A stretch of DNA of 64,000 nt from positions 128,001 through 192,000 of the forward strand of contig OZ252287.1 in NCBI GenBank assembly GCA_965250085.1. The letters run 5' to 3'. The notes beneath the pieces are model-generated. The model ran no database searches, was not told the DNA's origin, and saw only the letters and a program-made list of their open reading frames with translations. Source of the stretch: Candidatus Altimarinota bacterium (lineage in GTDB: Bacteria; Patescibacteriota; Gracilibacteria; CAIRYL01). Shown in pieces: positions 28,834-38,664 of the stretch. Position 1 is the first letter of the stretch. Every line of letters begins with the position of its first letter. A program made the position numbers and the translations under genes.

Positions 28834-29478
28834 ATGCCAGATTTTGATCTTACTGTCACGCGAAAAAAAGTAAAAAATATGCGATTAAAGATCTCTGCCA
28901 GAAATACTGTAGAACTCATACTTCCATATTTTCTCCCTAGGAAATTTGGACTTCGCTTTGTGGAACAAAAAAAAAACTGGATTCAGAAGCATTTACAGAA
29001 AAAAAAGATTCATATTCGAGAGAAATTTCAATATGGAGGAATATCTTATATTCCTGAGCTTTTTCGTAGCACTGCGCCAGGAGATATTATCTTCAGGGAA
29101 AAAAAAGTATGGATTGGTGCCAAGAACAAAAATGAAGCACAGAAGTGCTTTCAAAATTTTATAAAAAATAAGGCAAAAGAAATTTTGCCTCTAGAACTTA
29201 AATACTTGAGTAAGACAACTCGTGTTCAGTTTGCAAAAGTAACAGTGCGATCTCAAAAATCCCGATGGGGGAGTTGCAATCCTAAAGGGAATATTTCACT
29301 CAATAGCACTCTTCTTCAACTCGATCCAGAGGTGAGAGAATACGTGATGATTCATGAACTCTGTCATATCAAGGAAATGAATCATTCTGCTGCATTTTGG
29401 GAATTGGTGGAAAAATACTGTCCAGATTTCAGAATCCATCGAAAGAAACTCAGGACATATGCACTCACAGTTTTTTGA
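28834..29478 (+). CDS. YgjP/DUF45-type zinc-binding hydrolase (M48-like)
   Basis: QKSRWGSC, YVMIHELCH..MNHS..FW. Confidence 0.9.
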   Translation: MPDFDLTVTRKKVKNMRLKISARNTVELILPYFLPRKFGLRFVEQKKNWIQKHLQKKKIHIREKFQYGGISYIPELFRSTAPGDIIFREKKVWIGAKNKNEAQKCFQNFIKNKAKEILPLELKYLSKTTRVQFAKVTVRSQKSRWGSCNPKGNISLNSTLLQLDPEVREYVMIHELCHIKEMNHSAAFWELVEKYCPDFRIHRKKLRTYALTVF

Positions 29479-29517
29479 TTCCACTTCTCATGCGTTTGTA
29501 TCTACTTCATATGAAGT

Positions 29518-29997
29518 TTATCCATCAAGAGTAGCTACCGGCACCACATCCCCTCCAGAGTGAAGAACGTAGTGAGTGCGTACCGATATCGAATGTCGTA
29601 TAACTTTTTGAGCAAAATCCAGAAGGTCCTCTCCATTTTTTGGAAGTGAGAATTTGATTTTAATACCTGTGTCATCTCCAGAAACAAAAATGCCATCTTT
29701 TTCAGGAATCATATCTTTGTTTTTTGGGAAGTAGAGTTTTGACCGATCTGATTCTGGAATGCTAAAAGTAAAACTGGAAATGTCTCTCTCATCCCAAATG
29801 GTAGCAGCATCAATAGGAAGAAGTTCACGTAACTCACCTCTTGTTGCCCCTGCAACAATGAGTATTTGAGGAAAATTACACACAACAATTTCATCTTGAT
29901 CCAAATGAAAATCTGAGTTGTAACAGCCTTGAATAAAACATATTTTTTCGAAACTCATTGGATCCCAGAAAAAGCTCATAGAGCCTATTTTTACCAA
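29518..29997 (-). CDS. Hypothetical protein
   Basis: 159-aa ORF filling the gap; no recognisable motif; start uncertain. Confidence 0.5.
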   Translation of the reverse strand: MVKIGSMSFFWDPMSFEKICFIQGCYNSDFHLDQDEIVVCNFPQILIVAGATRGELRELLPIDAATIWDERDISSFTFSIPESDRSKLYFPKNKDMIPEKDGIFVSGDDTGIKIKFSLPKNGEDLLDFAQKVIRHSISVRTHYVLHSGGDVVPVATLDG

Positions 29998-30120
29998 TAA
30001 TTAGTATATTTGTCAAATATCTGCTGATAAAAGTACTCCTTAGTATGTTTTTTAAATTGATTTTTTCGCTTATTTATGAGAGAATAATGGGAAATGTTTG
30101 TTTTTCAAAACACATATCAA

Positions 30121-32178
30121 ATGCCAGACCAAGTACCTGTCCAACCAATGCCTGAAAATATGCCGCAAAATCCTGCTTCTCAGGGTGCTACAGAGCCTGT
30201 AATAGCATCAGAGGTTCCTCCAGCCCAAGCACCCTCAAACCAAACTCCGACAGCAATACCTCAGGGAGAGCCACTGATTTTGGAAGAAATACCAGAAAAA
30301 CGAGGATTTTTTGCACGACTTTTAGGAAAGAAGACTCGTGCAGAAAAAGTGGCACAACAAGAAGCCAAAACTATTGAATCTGCTGGAAAAAAGCACTCCA
30401 AAGGACTTACAAAAGAAGAAGAGCGTCGTATTAAAGAAGCAGAAAAAATGTATCGAGAAGGCATGACGACGATCAAAGATCTCATTGCTCCAAGTGCAAT
30501 GGAGGTAAATTTTGATCATGTCAAAATTGGAAATGTATATGCACGGAGTTTTTTTGTATATTCGTATCCACGATATATAGATGCGAACTGGCTTTCTCCC
30601 GTTATTAATTTGGACACAACACTTGATGTTTCTCTGTTTGTCTATCCAAGTAATTCGGCAGAAATCATGAAAACGCTTCGGAATAAAGTGGCACAAATGC
30701 AGTCGACCATGCATTTGAATCAGGAAAGGGGCATGGTGCGTGATCCGGCACTTGAAGCTTCACTGCAGGATGCAGAAGAACTCCGTGACAAACTCCAGCG
30801 CGGTCAGGAAAAATTCTTTCACTTTGCGTTGTATTTTACGATCTATTCTTCTGATTTAGAAAAACTCAAAAAAACACAAACACAGCTGGAATCCATTTTG
30901 GGAGGAAAACTTATTCTCACAAAAAGTGCAAACCTTCAGCAAGAACACGGATTCAACTCATGCCTTCCGACCTGTACTGATGAAGTGGAAGTGCTGCGTA
31001 ATATGAATACCTCACCTCTTTCCACGAGTTTTCCATTTACCAGTTCAGAACTCACTTCGAACGAAGGGATTCTCTATGGACTCAATCGCCATAATGATTC
31101 TCTGGTTATTTTTGATCGTTTCTCACTCGAAAATGCCAACTCAGTTATTTTTGCCAAATCTGGTGCGGGTAAATCATATGCAGTAAAACTTGAAATCCTT
31201 CGTTCACTTATGATGGGAACAGACGTGATTGTAATTGATCCGGAAAATGAATATGAAACACTCTGTGAAACAGTGGGAGGAAAAATTCTTAAGGTATCGC
31301 TCAATTCTGAACGACGTATCAACCCATTTGATCTTCCTATTCCTATTGAAGACCACGTCACCAAGCCGGGTGATCTGCTCCGTGCCAATATCATTACTCT
31401 TCATGGGTTGTTTAATCTCATGCTCGGGAAGCTGACGCCGACAGAGGAGGGGATTATGGACAAAGCGATGATCGACACCTACGCTCTCAAGGGAATTACT
31501 CTGGAAACTGAAGATCCGGGAGATATGGAGCCGCCCACCATGCAGGATTTGGCAGAAGTACTCGGCACTATGAAGGGAGCAGAAAGCCTGAAAGAACGTC
31601 TCCAGAAATTTACCACAGGAACATTTTCGGGTATTTTTAATCAGTCCACTAACATTGATCTTTCCGGAGGACTTGTTGTCTTTCAAATTCGTGACTTAGA
31701 AGAAGCACTGAGACCTATTGCAACATACATTATTCTCAATTTTATTTGGAATAGAGTACGCTCATCTCTCAAAAAGAGACTTTTGGTCGTAGATGAGGCA
31801 TGGATCCTGATGCAATATGAAGATTCTGCGAGATTTCTCTACGGACTGGTGAAACGAGCACGAAAGTACTATCTCGGTGTTACGACCATCACGCAGGATG
31901 TGGAGGATTTCCTCAATAGTGATTTTGGGAAACCAATTATTACGAACTCCTCAATGCAACTCCTCCTTAAGCAGTCACCAACCGCTGCTGAAGCACTCAC
32001 CAAGGTGTTTAACCTCACCGAAGGTGAAAAATATTTGCTCCTGAACTCTGGAATAGGACAGGGGATTTTCTTTGCTGGACTCAAACATGTGGCTCTTCAG
32101 GTGATTGCGAGTTATACGGAGGATAAAATTATCACTACTGATCCGGAAGAACTGTTGAAGCAAAAAGAAGAAGCTTAA
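30121..32178 (+). CDS. VirB4-like/DUF87 ATPase
   Basis: AKSGAGKS Walker A, VIDPENEY, INPFDL, VVDEAW, ITQDVEDF. Confidence 0.9.
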   Translation: MPDQVPVQPMPENMPQNPASQGATEPVIASEVPPAQAPSNQTPTAIPQGEPLILEEIPEKRGFFARLLGKKTRAEKVAQQEAKTIESAGKKHSKGLTKEEERRIKEAEKMYREGMTTIKDLIAPSAMEVNFDHVKIGNVYARSFFVYSYPRYIDANWLSPVINLDTTLDVSLFVYPSNSAEIMKTLRNKVAQMQSTMHLNQERGMVRDPALEASLQDAEELRDKLQRGQEKFFHFALYFTIYSSDLEKLKKTQTQLESILGGKLILTKSANLQQEHGFNSCLPTCTDEVEVLRNMNTSPLSTSFPFTSSELTSNEGILYGLNRHNDSLVIFDRFSLENANSVIFAKSGAGKSYAVKLEILRSLMMGTDVIVIDPENEYETLCETVGGKILKVSLNSERRINPFDLPIPIEDHVTKPGDLLRANIITLHGLFNLMLGKLTPTEEGIMDKAMIDTYALKGITLETEDPGDMEPPTMQDLAEVLGTMKGAESLKERLQKFTTGTFSGIFNQSTNIDLSGGLVVFQIRDLEEALRPIATYIILNFIWNRVRSSLKKRLLVVDEAWILMQYEDSARFLYGLVKRARKYYLGVTTITQDVEDFLNSDFGKPIITNSSMQLLLKQSPTAAEALTKVFNLTEGEKYLLLNSGIGQGIFFAGLKHVALQVIASYTEDKIITTDPEELLKQKEEA

Positions 32179-32233
32179 GCCTTCATTTAGTGGAAAATGA
32201 GTCAAAAACTTTTTTATAATTTATAAGTCACAA

Positions 32234-32569
32234 GTGCCTAACACTATACGAGATCGCCTTCGGCATCATTGGGGCAATGTGTATGTACCGATAAAGAACG
32301 CATTGGAACAAGAGAATTCTGATAAAGTTCAAACTCTTAAAAAAGAAGCGATTGAGCGCCTTAAAGGGGTTCTTAAAGAAACAGATCTTGAAGAAACTCA
32401 AGATGTTACCCGAGAAGGATTTCAAGAATTTCTAGAGTGTTTAAAGCAAACAGAGTTATCCGATATTGACGCTCTTGAAGTCGTACATGACTCATACAAT
32501 AGTCTCGTTGGTGACTATGAAAAAAAACTTACTCTCTTGAGAGATCAAATATTTGACAGGAAGGATTGA
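32234..32569 (+). CDS. Hypothetical helical protein
   Basis: 111-aa ORF with GTG start and TATAAT upstream. Confidence 0.55.
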   Translation: MPNTIRDRLRHHWGNVYVPIKNALEQENSDKVQTLKKEAIERLKGVLKETDLEETQDVTREGFQEFLECLKQTELSDIDALEVVHDSYNSLVGDYEKKLTLLRDQIFDRKD

Positions 32570-32639
32570 AGTACTTTTTCTTGAATCTTTAAAGGACTTC
32601 TGCCACAATTTGGCAGATTTTTTTTTGTGTTCCCAGACT

Positions 32640-34814
32640 ATGAAGTTTTTTGATTACAGATCTCCGAAAGTGATTATTCTTTTCCTAGCAGTAGTCTTTA
32701 TGGGGATTTTTATTATGCCCCAGAGTTGGAAACAGAATCTTCCATTTGAAGGGATGAGAGAAAATCTTTTGGCCAAAAAAGTAAGTTTTGGACTGGACCT
32801 TGTGGGCGGACGACAAATTGATTATCAAGTGGATCTTTCAGAAGTAGAAAAGCGAAATGCAGATGATGATCCAGAGAATGATCGTGATCCGGATAAAGTA
32901 GTGGAATCTATTGGACAAGTCCTCAGAGGGCGCATTGATCCTCAGGGAACCAGAGAGCTCAATATCTATCCGGCAGAGTTTAATGAAGAAAAACATGTGA
33001 TTGTAGAAATTACTGATGATTTGGACAACGAAGAGACACTCCGGAGATTGCAGCAAATCATTGATTTAAAATTCAAGACACAAAATGCAGAAGTTTCTGA
33101 AGAAGAAGTAGCCGTACTCAAGGGTCAGGCAGAGGTGTTGCTTTCAGAGCTGAGTGTTGAAAATTTTGAAGAAAAGGCCAATGAAGAGCAGAACGGGAAT
33201 GATATTCGGTTTAATGAGGATCGGGAATTTTGGAGAGACAGCCTTGATGCAGCATTTGATGAACCCATTGCCCGCGAGATATGGAATACAAAAGAAGGCA
33301 CATTGATACCTCGCCTGATTGAAAGAACCAGTAATACCATTGCTCCTGGCGCTTCAGGACAATATGAAATTGTGCAGGTGCAGGAGTTCGTTTTTGTAAA
33401 AGTGGGAATAAAAGAGCTCAAAGAACGAGAAAATACGGAACCCGGAGAAGAATTTAGCACGGTGCAATCAGATGTTTCTGAAAAAAATGAAGAGGCAGAA
33501 AAGCTTTTGGATATTCCCGAAGAGTTTCAAGACCTCCTGTTAGCGCTGGATGAAGGAGAGAGATCTGAAGTACTGGAATCAGAGACGGAGTATGCATTTT
33601 TTGAAATTCTCCCAAAAGCAGAAGGAGAGGTCGCGACTTCTGTTTCTGGAGTGTACGTCGCCAAGGATACTCCAAATGCGAAAGAAGCAATCGATGCGGC
33701 GAGAGCTCGCCTTGAACCGGTTATCACCACGACTGAAGAGCAGAATATGAGTCTCTCAGAAATTGTGTATAGCATCGCTCCAGGAGGGTGGGCTGATACA
33801 GATTTGGGAGGAGCACAATTCAAAAGAGCACGAGTGAGCCAAGATCCTAATACAGGAGCACCACTTGTAGAGATTCTTTTTAACAACGAAGGAGCAAAAA
33901 TGTTTGAAGAACTCACGGAAGCAAGTATTGGGAAGCCGATTGCTATTTTTGTGGGAGGAGTTCTTGTTTCTGCGCCTACTGTACAACAAAAGATTAGTGG
34001 AGGGTCTGCAGTAATCACCTTGGGATCTCAAAACTATCAACAAGCTCAGGAACAGGCTGTTGTATTGGCACGGGAGCTCAATGGAGGATCGACACCGGCA
34101 CCATTTCAAGAAAAAGGACAATTTCGTATTGGAGCGGCTCTCGGGAAAGATTCACTCCAAAAATCGCTTCTGGCAGGCTTGATGGGGCTTGGTATCCTTT
34201 CTCTCTGGATGATATTTTTTTATAGATTCCTGGGATTCATAGCAGTTTTGGCTCTTACATTTTATGCTATTGCTATTGTATTCCTCTTACAAGCAGATCT
34301 TTCTTTTGGATTCGCCTCTCTTTTGGGAATACTGGTCTTTGCGATGAGCATGAAATCATTTTCTTCACTCGAAAGAAATGATCTTATTTCACTAATAATT
34401 GCTATGATTCTTGGCATGACTATTACGTTTGTGTCATTTAGCCCTATTGTACTTACTCTTGCAGGAGTCGCGGGAATAGTACTTTCTATTGGAATGGCAG
34501 TGGATGCCAATATTCTTATTTTCGAACGAGTGAAAGAAGAACTGCGAAAAGGAAAGAATTTTTCAGCGGCCTCTCAAACAGGATTTGAGCGTGCCTGGAG
34601 TTCCATTCGTGATTCAAATGTATCTTCTCTCATTACGTGTCTTATCCTCTGGATTTTTGGATCAGCAGTCATCAAAGGATTTGCCGTAGCACTTGCCATG
34701 GGAATCGTGATTTCTATGCTCACAGCTATTACAGTTACCAGAAGCCTTGTAGGAATCCTCGTACGAGGGAAGGTAGAAGAAAAAAAGAAGATGCTGATAT
34801 ATGGAGTAGAATAA
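32640..34814 (+). CDS. secD: Protein translocase subunit SecD with a large P1 insertion
   Basis: FGLDLVGG, AGIVLSIGMAVDANILIFER, IRDSN, IKGFA. Confidence 0.95.
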   Translation: MKFFDYRSPKVIILFLAVVFMGIFIMPQSWKQNLPFEGMRENLLAKKVSFGLDLVGGRQIDYQVDLSEVEKRNADDDPENDRDPDKVVESIGQVLRGRIDPQGTRELNIYPAEFNEEKHVIVEITDDLDNEETLRRLQQIIDLKFKTQNAEVSEEEVAVLKGQAEVLLSELSVENFEEKANEEQNGNDIRFNEDREFWRDSLDAAFDEPIAREIWNTKEGTLIPRLIERTSNTIAPGASGQYEIVQVQEFVFVKVGIKELKERENTEPGEEFSTVQSDVSEKNEEAEKLLDIPEEFQDLLLALDEGERSEVLESETEYAFFEILPKAEGEVATSVSGVYVAKDTPNAKEAIDAARARLEPVITTTEEQNMSLSEIVYSIAPGGWADTDLGGAQFKRARVSQDPNTGAPLVEILFNNEGAKMFEELTEASIGKPIAIFVGGVLVSAPTVQQKISGGSAVITLGSQNYQQAQEQAVVLARELNGGSTPAPFQEKGQFRIGAALGKDSLQKSLLAGLMGLGILSLWMIFFYRFLGFIAVLALTFYAIAIVFLLQADLSFGFASLLGILVFAMSMKSFSSLERNDLISLIIAMILGMTITFVSFSPIVLTLAGVAGIVLSIGMAVDANILIFERVKEELRKGKNFSAASQTGFERAWSSIRDSNVSSLITCLILWIFGSAVIKGFAVALAMGIVISMLTAITVTRSLVGILVRGKVEEKKKMLIYGVE

Positions 34815-34820
34815 AAAAGT

Positions 34821-35222
34821 ATGAACCTTAGGGTATTTACTGACGGCGCTTCTCGAGGAAATCCTGGAGAAGCAGGTGCAGGGTTTCTCATTCAAGATGC
34901 TGATGGAGGAGATCTTTTCCATGGGAAAAAATATCTGGGCACCATGACCAACAATGTGTCCGAATGGAATGCATTGCTCCTTGGTCTTCAAAAAGCGAAA
35001 GAATTTGAAGCAAAAAATGTAGACTGTTTTCTCGATTCAGAACTCGTGGTGAAACAAATGAAAGGGGAGTATAAAGTCAAAAATCAAGATCTGAGACCTC
35101 TTTATGAAAGAGCAAAGATTCTTGTTTTAGAATTCAAGCATGTTACGTTTACTCACATTCCCCGAGAACAGAACACAGTTGCCGATCGACTTTCGAATGA
35201 AGCGATTGATCAGAAGGCATGA
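34821..35222 (+). CDS. rnhA: Ribonuclease HI family protein
   Basis: TDGASRGNPG, TNNVSEW, DSELVV, PREQNTVADRL. Confidence 0.92.
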   Translation: MNLRVFTDGASRGNPGEAGAGFLIQDADGGDLFHGKKYLGTMTNNVSEWNALLLGLQKAKEFEAKNVDCFLDSELVVKQMKGEYKVKNQDLRPLYERAKILVLEFKHVTFTHIPREQNTVADRLSNEAIDQKA

Positions 35223-35280
35223 CAACATAAAGATCCTCTTTCACTAAGAGACAGGAAAAGAATGTGAATCTATTCTTGCT

Positions 35281-35598
35281 TCATAGATTCGCTTCAATTT
35301 TTTCCTTCAGTTTATCAGCACCCATGGCACCCACCATGTCTTCCACTACTTCGCCATTCTTAAAAATTTTCAACGCAGGAATGCTCATGATCTGGTATTT
35401 CTCTGCTGTTTGAGGATTTTCTTCTACGTCCAATTTTCCGATTTTCATCTTCCCTTCATATTCTTTTGCCAATTCTTCTACAATGGGACTCATCATTTGG
35501 CATGGTCCACACCACGTTGCCCAAAAATCCACCAATACGGGAATTTCAGACTCTAATACTTCGCTTTGAAAAGTGTCATCGGTAAATGCAGTTGCCAT
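35281..35598 (-). CDS. trxA: Thioredoxin
   Basis: DFWATWCGPC. Confidence 0.97.
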   Translation of the reverse strand: MATAFTDDTFQSEVLESEIPVLVDFWATWCGPCQMMSPIVEELAKEYEGKMKIGKLDVEENPQTAEKYQIMSIPALKIFKNGEVVEDMVGAMGADKLKEKIEANL

Positions 35599-35749
35599 AA
35601 AAGAAATGAAAGAATTGAAAAGCCCCGAAGGGAATCACTTTGTGATGTACAAAGTTTTGAGAATAAACTCGAAAAATATTGTAGAGATTTTTTATTTGAA
35701 TACCAATTCAATTTTTTTTTGTTTTGAAACAAAGATTACAAATCAATGA

Positions 35750-38395
35750 TCATCGAGCCTGTCCCGCTTTTGCAAGATTCTTTTTTGACTTTGAAACAGG
35801 ATGTGTGCGATCTCCTACGATTTCGAGTTTTTCGCTTTTTTTCCCTCTCACGATCTTAATCGTATCACCTTCCGAAATATTTCCAGAAAGAAGGTTTTGA
35901 GTAATAAGATCTTCAATTTCCTCTCGAATGATTTTGTGCACTTTACGAGCACCACTTTTTTGGTCAAATGATTTTTTTGCGAGATAGTCGATAACTGAAG
36001 GAGAAATATTCAGCTTGAGCTCTCGTCCTTTTAACCTTTCTTCAAATTCTTCAATTTGAAGTTTCACAATACGTTTGATGTGCTTTTGAGAGAGAGGATT
36101 AAACACTAAAACTCTGTCCAATCTTCCCAAAAATTCAGGTCTAAAATGTTTTTTGACCTGATCCATAACGATCTCACTTTTTTCAGCAAAATCATGTTCT
36201 GCTTTTTTGAGATCATCTCCATGAGTAGAAAATCCGATTTTAACGGCTTCATTGGTGAGCACATCACCACCAATATTAGAAGTCATCACAAGTACTGTAT
36301 TTCTGAAATCTACTTTTTTCCCTTTTCCATCAGTGAGACATCCTTCTTCCATAATTTGGAGAAGAATATTTTGAAACTCTGGATGAGCTTTTTCTATCTC
36401 ATCAAAAAGGATTACGCTATATGGTTTTCTGCGAACCGACTCAGTAAGCTGCCCTCCTTCTTCATATCCCACATATCCAGGAGCGGATCCTGTAAGACGA
36501 GAAACACTGTGTCGTTCCATAAACTCAGACATATCTATCTTGATCAGAGCATCTTTTTTGGCAAAGAATTCTTCGGCCAAAACTCGAACAAGCTCTGTCT
36601 TTCCAACTCCTGTGGGACCTAAGAAAAGAAATGATCCAATAGGGCGATTCACCTCTCCTATTCCAACGCGAGATCTGCGAATAGATTTACTGATTTCGTT
36701 AAGAGCTGACTTTTGACCAATTATTTTTTTACCAAGAAGTTTTTCGAGGTCTAGAAGTTTACGAGCTTCGTCCTTGAGGAGCTTGGCAGTAGGAACTCCA
36801 GTGATTTGAGAAATAATATCTGCAATATCGTTTTCTGTAATGACAATGCGAATCGCTTTATTTGCTTTTTGCAATGCGTCTTGTTTTTTCTTTTCAATAT
36901 CACTTTCAAGCTTTTCTTGCTCGTGCTTGAGATCTAAAGCTTTTTCAAAATTTTGATTTTTTACATGTTCTTCCTTCTTTTTCATAATACGTTGGACTCG
37001 CTCCATGAGTTTTCCAATTTCTTTCGTTTTCTGCTGACTTTTTCCGCCTCTTTTTGCGGCGGCTTCATCCATGAGATCAATAGCTTTGTCTGGGAGAAAA
37101 CGATCTGTCAAAAACCGTTTTGAAAGTTTGACAGATTCTTCAATCGCCTCATCAGAAATTTTGAGATGATGATATTTTTCAAAATAAGGACGGATACCCT
37201 TGAGAATTTGCACGGCTTCTTCTTCGGATGGTTCCTCTACGTACACAGGTTGAAATCGACGTTCAAGAGCTTTATCTTTCTCTATTTGTTTACGATATTC
37301 ATCATAGGTAGTAGCGCCAATGAGTTGTATTTTCCCCCGGGCAAGAGCTGGTTTCAAAATATTTGCCGCATCCAAGGACCCTTCCGCACTACCGGCTCCG
37401 ACGACTGTATGCAGTTCGTCTATAAACATAATGACTTGTCCCTCACTTCCAATAGCTTCATCTACTACTTCTTTGATACGTTCCTCAAATTCACCCCTGT
37501 ATTTGGTTCCCGCAATCAAGGCGCTCATATCTAAAATAAGAACTCGTTTTTGCAGGAGAGAGTCGGGAACATTCCCTTTGACAATTGCTTTTGCGAGTCC
37601 TTCTATAATGGCTGTCTTTCCGACACCCGGTTCTCCAATGAGAACGGGATTGTTCTTGGTTTTTCTGTTGAGAATATGTATGACACGCTCTATTTCCTGA
37701 TTCCGTCCGATGATAGAATCTATTTTTCCGTTACGAGCTTCTTCGTTGAGATCGATAGAAAAATAATCAAGAGCAGGTGTAGTACTTTCTTCTTCCTCTG
37801 ATCCAGGCTGAGAAGAAGATATCCCTTTGGGCTTCTTATGTTTAAATGCATCTCGGAAGTCAGTGTTTTTTTGCAAATTGACAAGTGCTCCGGTCAATCC
37901 CTGAAGAAAGTCTTCCAAAGAATGAGCGGGCATTCTCCCTTTTGGAGAATGGGACATTTGTACAAACAAATCTCGAATTTGTTTCTGAATTTCAGAAAAA
38001 GAAACATTCATTTTTTTCAAAATTCTTGCGGCAGCATTTTTTTTGTGTTTGAGGAGGGCAAAAAGCAAATGCTCAGTTCCCACAAAGTTGTGTTTCTGAG
38101 AAAAGGCAATTTTAAAAGATTCTTCAATGACTTCTTTGAGAATATGAGAAAGCGCGTTTTTAAGATTAGGGTCATGCGGTTCTGGAGGGCAGGAAGGGAG
38201 GATAATGCGAACATTTTCTTCGGTAATCCCCATATTTTGCAAGAGAGCACTTGCCAAGCTTTGAGGAGTGCTCAAAATCCCGAGGAGCAAGTGTTCTGTT
38301 CCAATATATGATGAGTTCATCTGCAGGGATTCCTGCTCTGCTTTTTCGAGTGCATTTTTTGCATCTGGTGTCATTTTTTCAAAGGGACCTGGCAT
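35750..38395 (-). CDS. clpC: ATP-dependent Clp ATPase ClpC
   Basis: Two Clp-N repeats, GEPGVGKT, UVR-like coiled coil, GPTGVGKT, GYVGYEEGG, IGF loop. Confidence 0.95.
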   Translation of the reverse strand: MPGPFEKMTPDAKNALEKAEQESLQMNSSYIGTEHLLLGILSTPQSLASALLQNMGITEENVRIILPSCPPEPHDPNLKNALSHILKEVIEESFKIAFSQKHNFVGTEHLLFALLKHKKNAAARILKKMNVSFSEIQKQIRDLFVQMSHSPKGRMPAHSLEDFLQGLTGALVNLQKNTDFRDAFKHKKPKGISSSQPGSEEEESTTPALDYFSIDLNEEARNGKIDSIIGRNQEIERVIHILNRKTKNNPVLIGEPGVGKTAIIEGLAKAIVKGNVPDSLLQKRVLILDMSALIAGTKYRGEFEERIKEVVDEAIGSEGQVIMFIDELHTVVGAGSAEGSLDAANILKPALARGKIQLIGATTYDEYRKQIEKDKALERRFQPVYVEEPSEEEAVQILKGIRPYFEKYHHLKISDEAIEESVKLSKRFLTDRFLPDKAIDLMDEAAAKRGGKSQQKTKEIGKLMERVQRIMKKKEEHVKNQNFEKALDLKHEQEKLESDIEKKKQDALQKANKAIRIVITENDIADIISQITGVPTAKLLKDEARKLLDLEKLLGKKIIGQKSALNEISKSIRRSRVGIGEVNRPIGSFLFLGPTGVGKTELVRVLAEEFFAKKDALIKIDMSEFMERHSVSRLTGSAPGYVGYEEGGQLTESVRRKPYSVILFDEIEKAHPEFQNILLQIMEEGCLTDGKGKKVDFRNTVLVMTSNIGGDVLTNEAVKIGFSTHGDDLKKAEHDFAEKSEIVMDQVKKHFRPEFLGRLDRVLVFNPLSQKHIKRIVKLQIEEFEERLKGRELKLNISPSVIDYLAKKSFDQKSGARKVHKIIREEIEDLITQNLLSGNISEGDTIKIVRGKKSEKLEIVGDRTHPVSKSKKNLAKAGQAR

Positions 38396-38559
38396 GAGAG
38401 AAGATTATAGATTATAAATTTCAAGATTGTATTATAATGAACAAAATGTTCTTTTTATTTTATCAGATTTTGGAAGCAAACAGAAGGAAGAAACTAGCTT
38501 GATACACATATCCTCTTGCACTTTTTTGTTTGTATTGAGGAATATAAATAAGGATTATA

Positions 38560-38586
38560 TTAGCACTCATAATTGTAGAGTGCTAA
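38560..38586. promoter_or_regulatory. CIRCE element (HrcA operator)
   Basis: Exact TTAGCACTC-N9-GAGTGCTAA. Confidence 0.95.
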
Positions 38587-38600
38587 TATATGCGAGTCAA
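38572..38600 (-). promoter_or_regulatory. sigma70 promoter facing clpC, overlapping the CIRCE
   Basis: Minus strand TTGACT-17-TACAAT. Confidence 0.8.
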
Positions 38601-38664
38601 GTATTATCGTTTTTTCAAAAATTTTTCTTGCTCATTATAGGATTCTTTCTCTACAATCTTCCCG

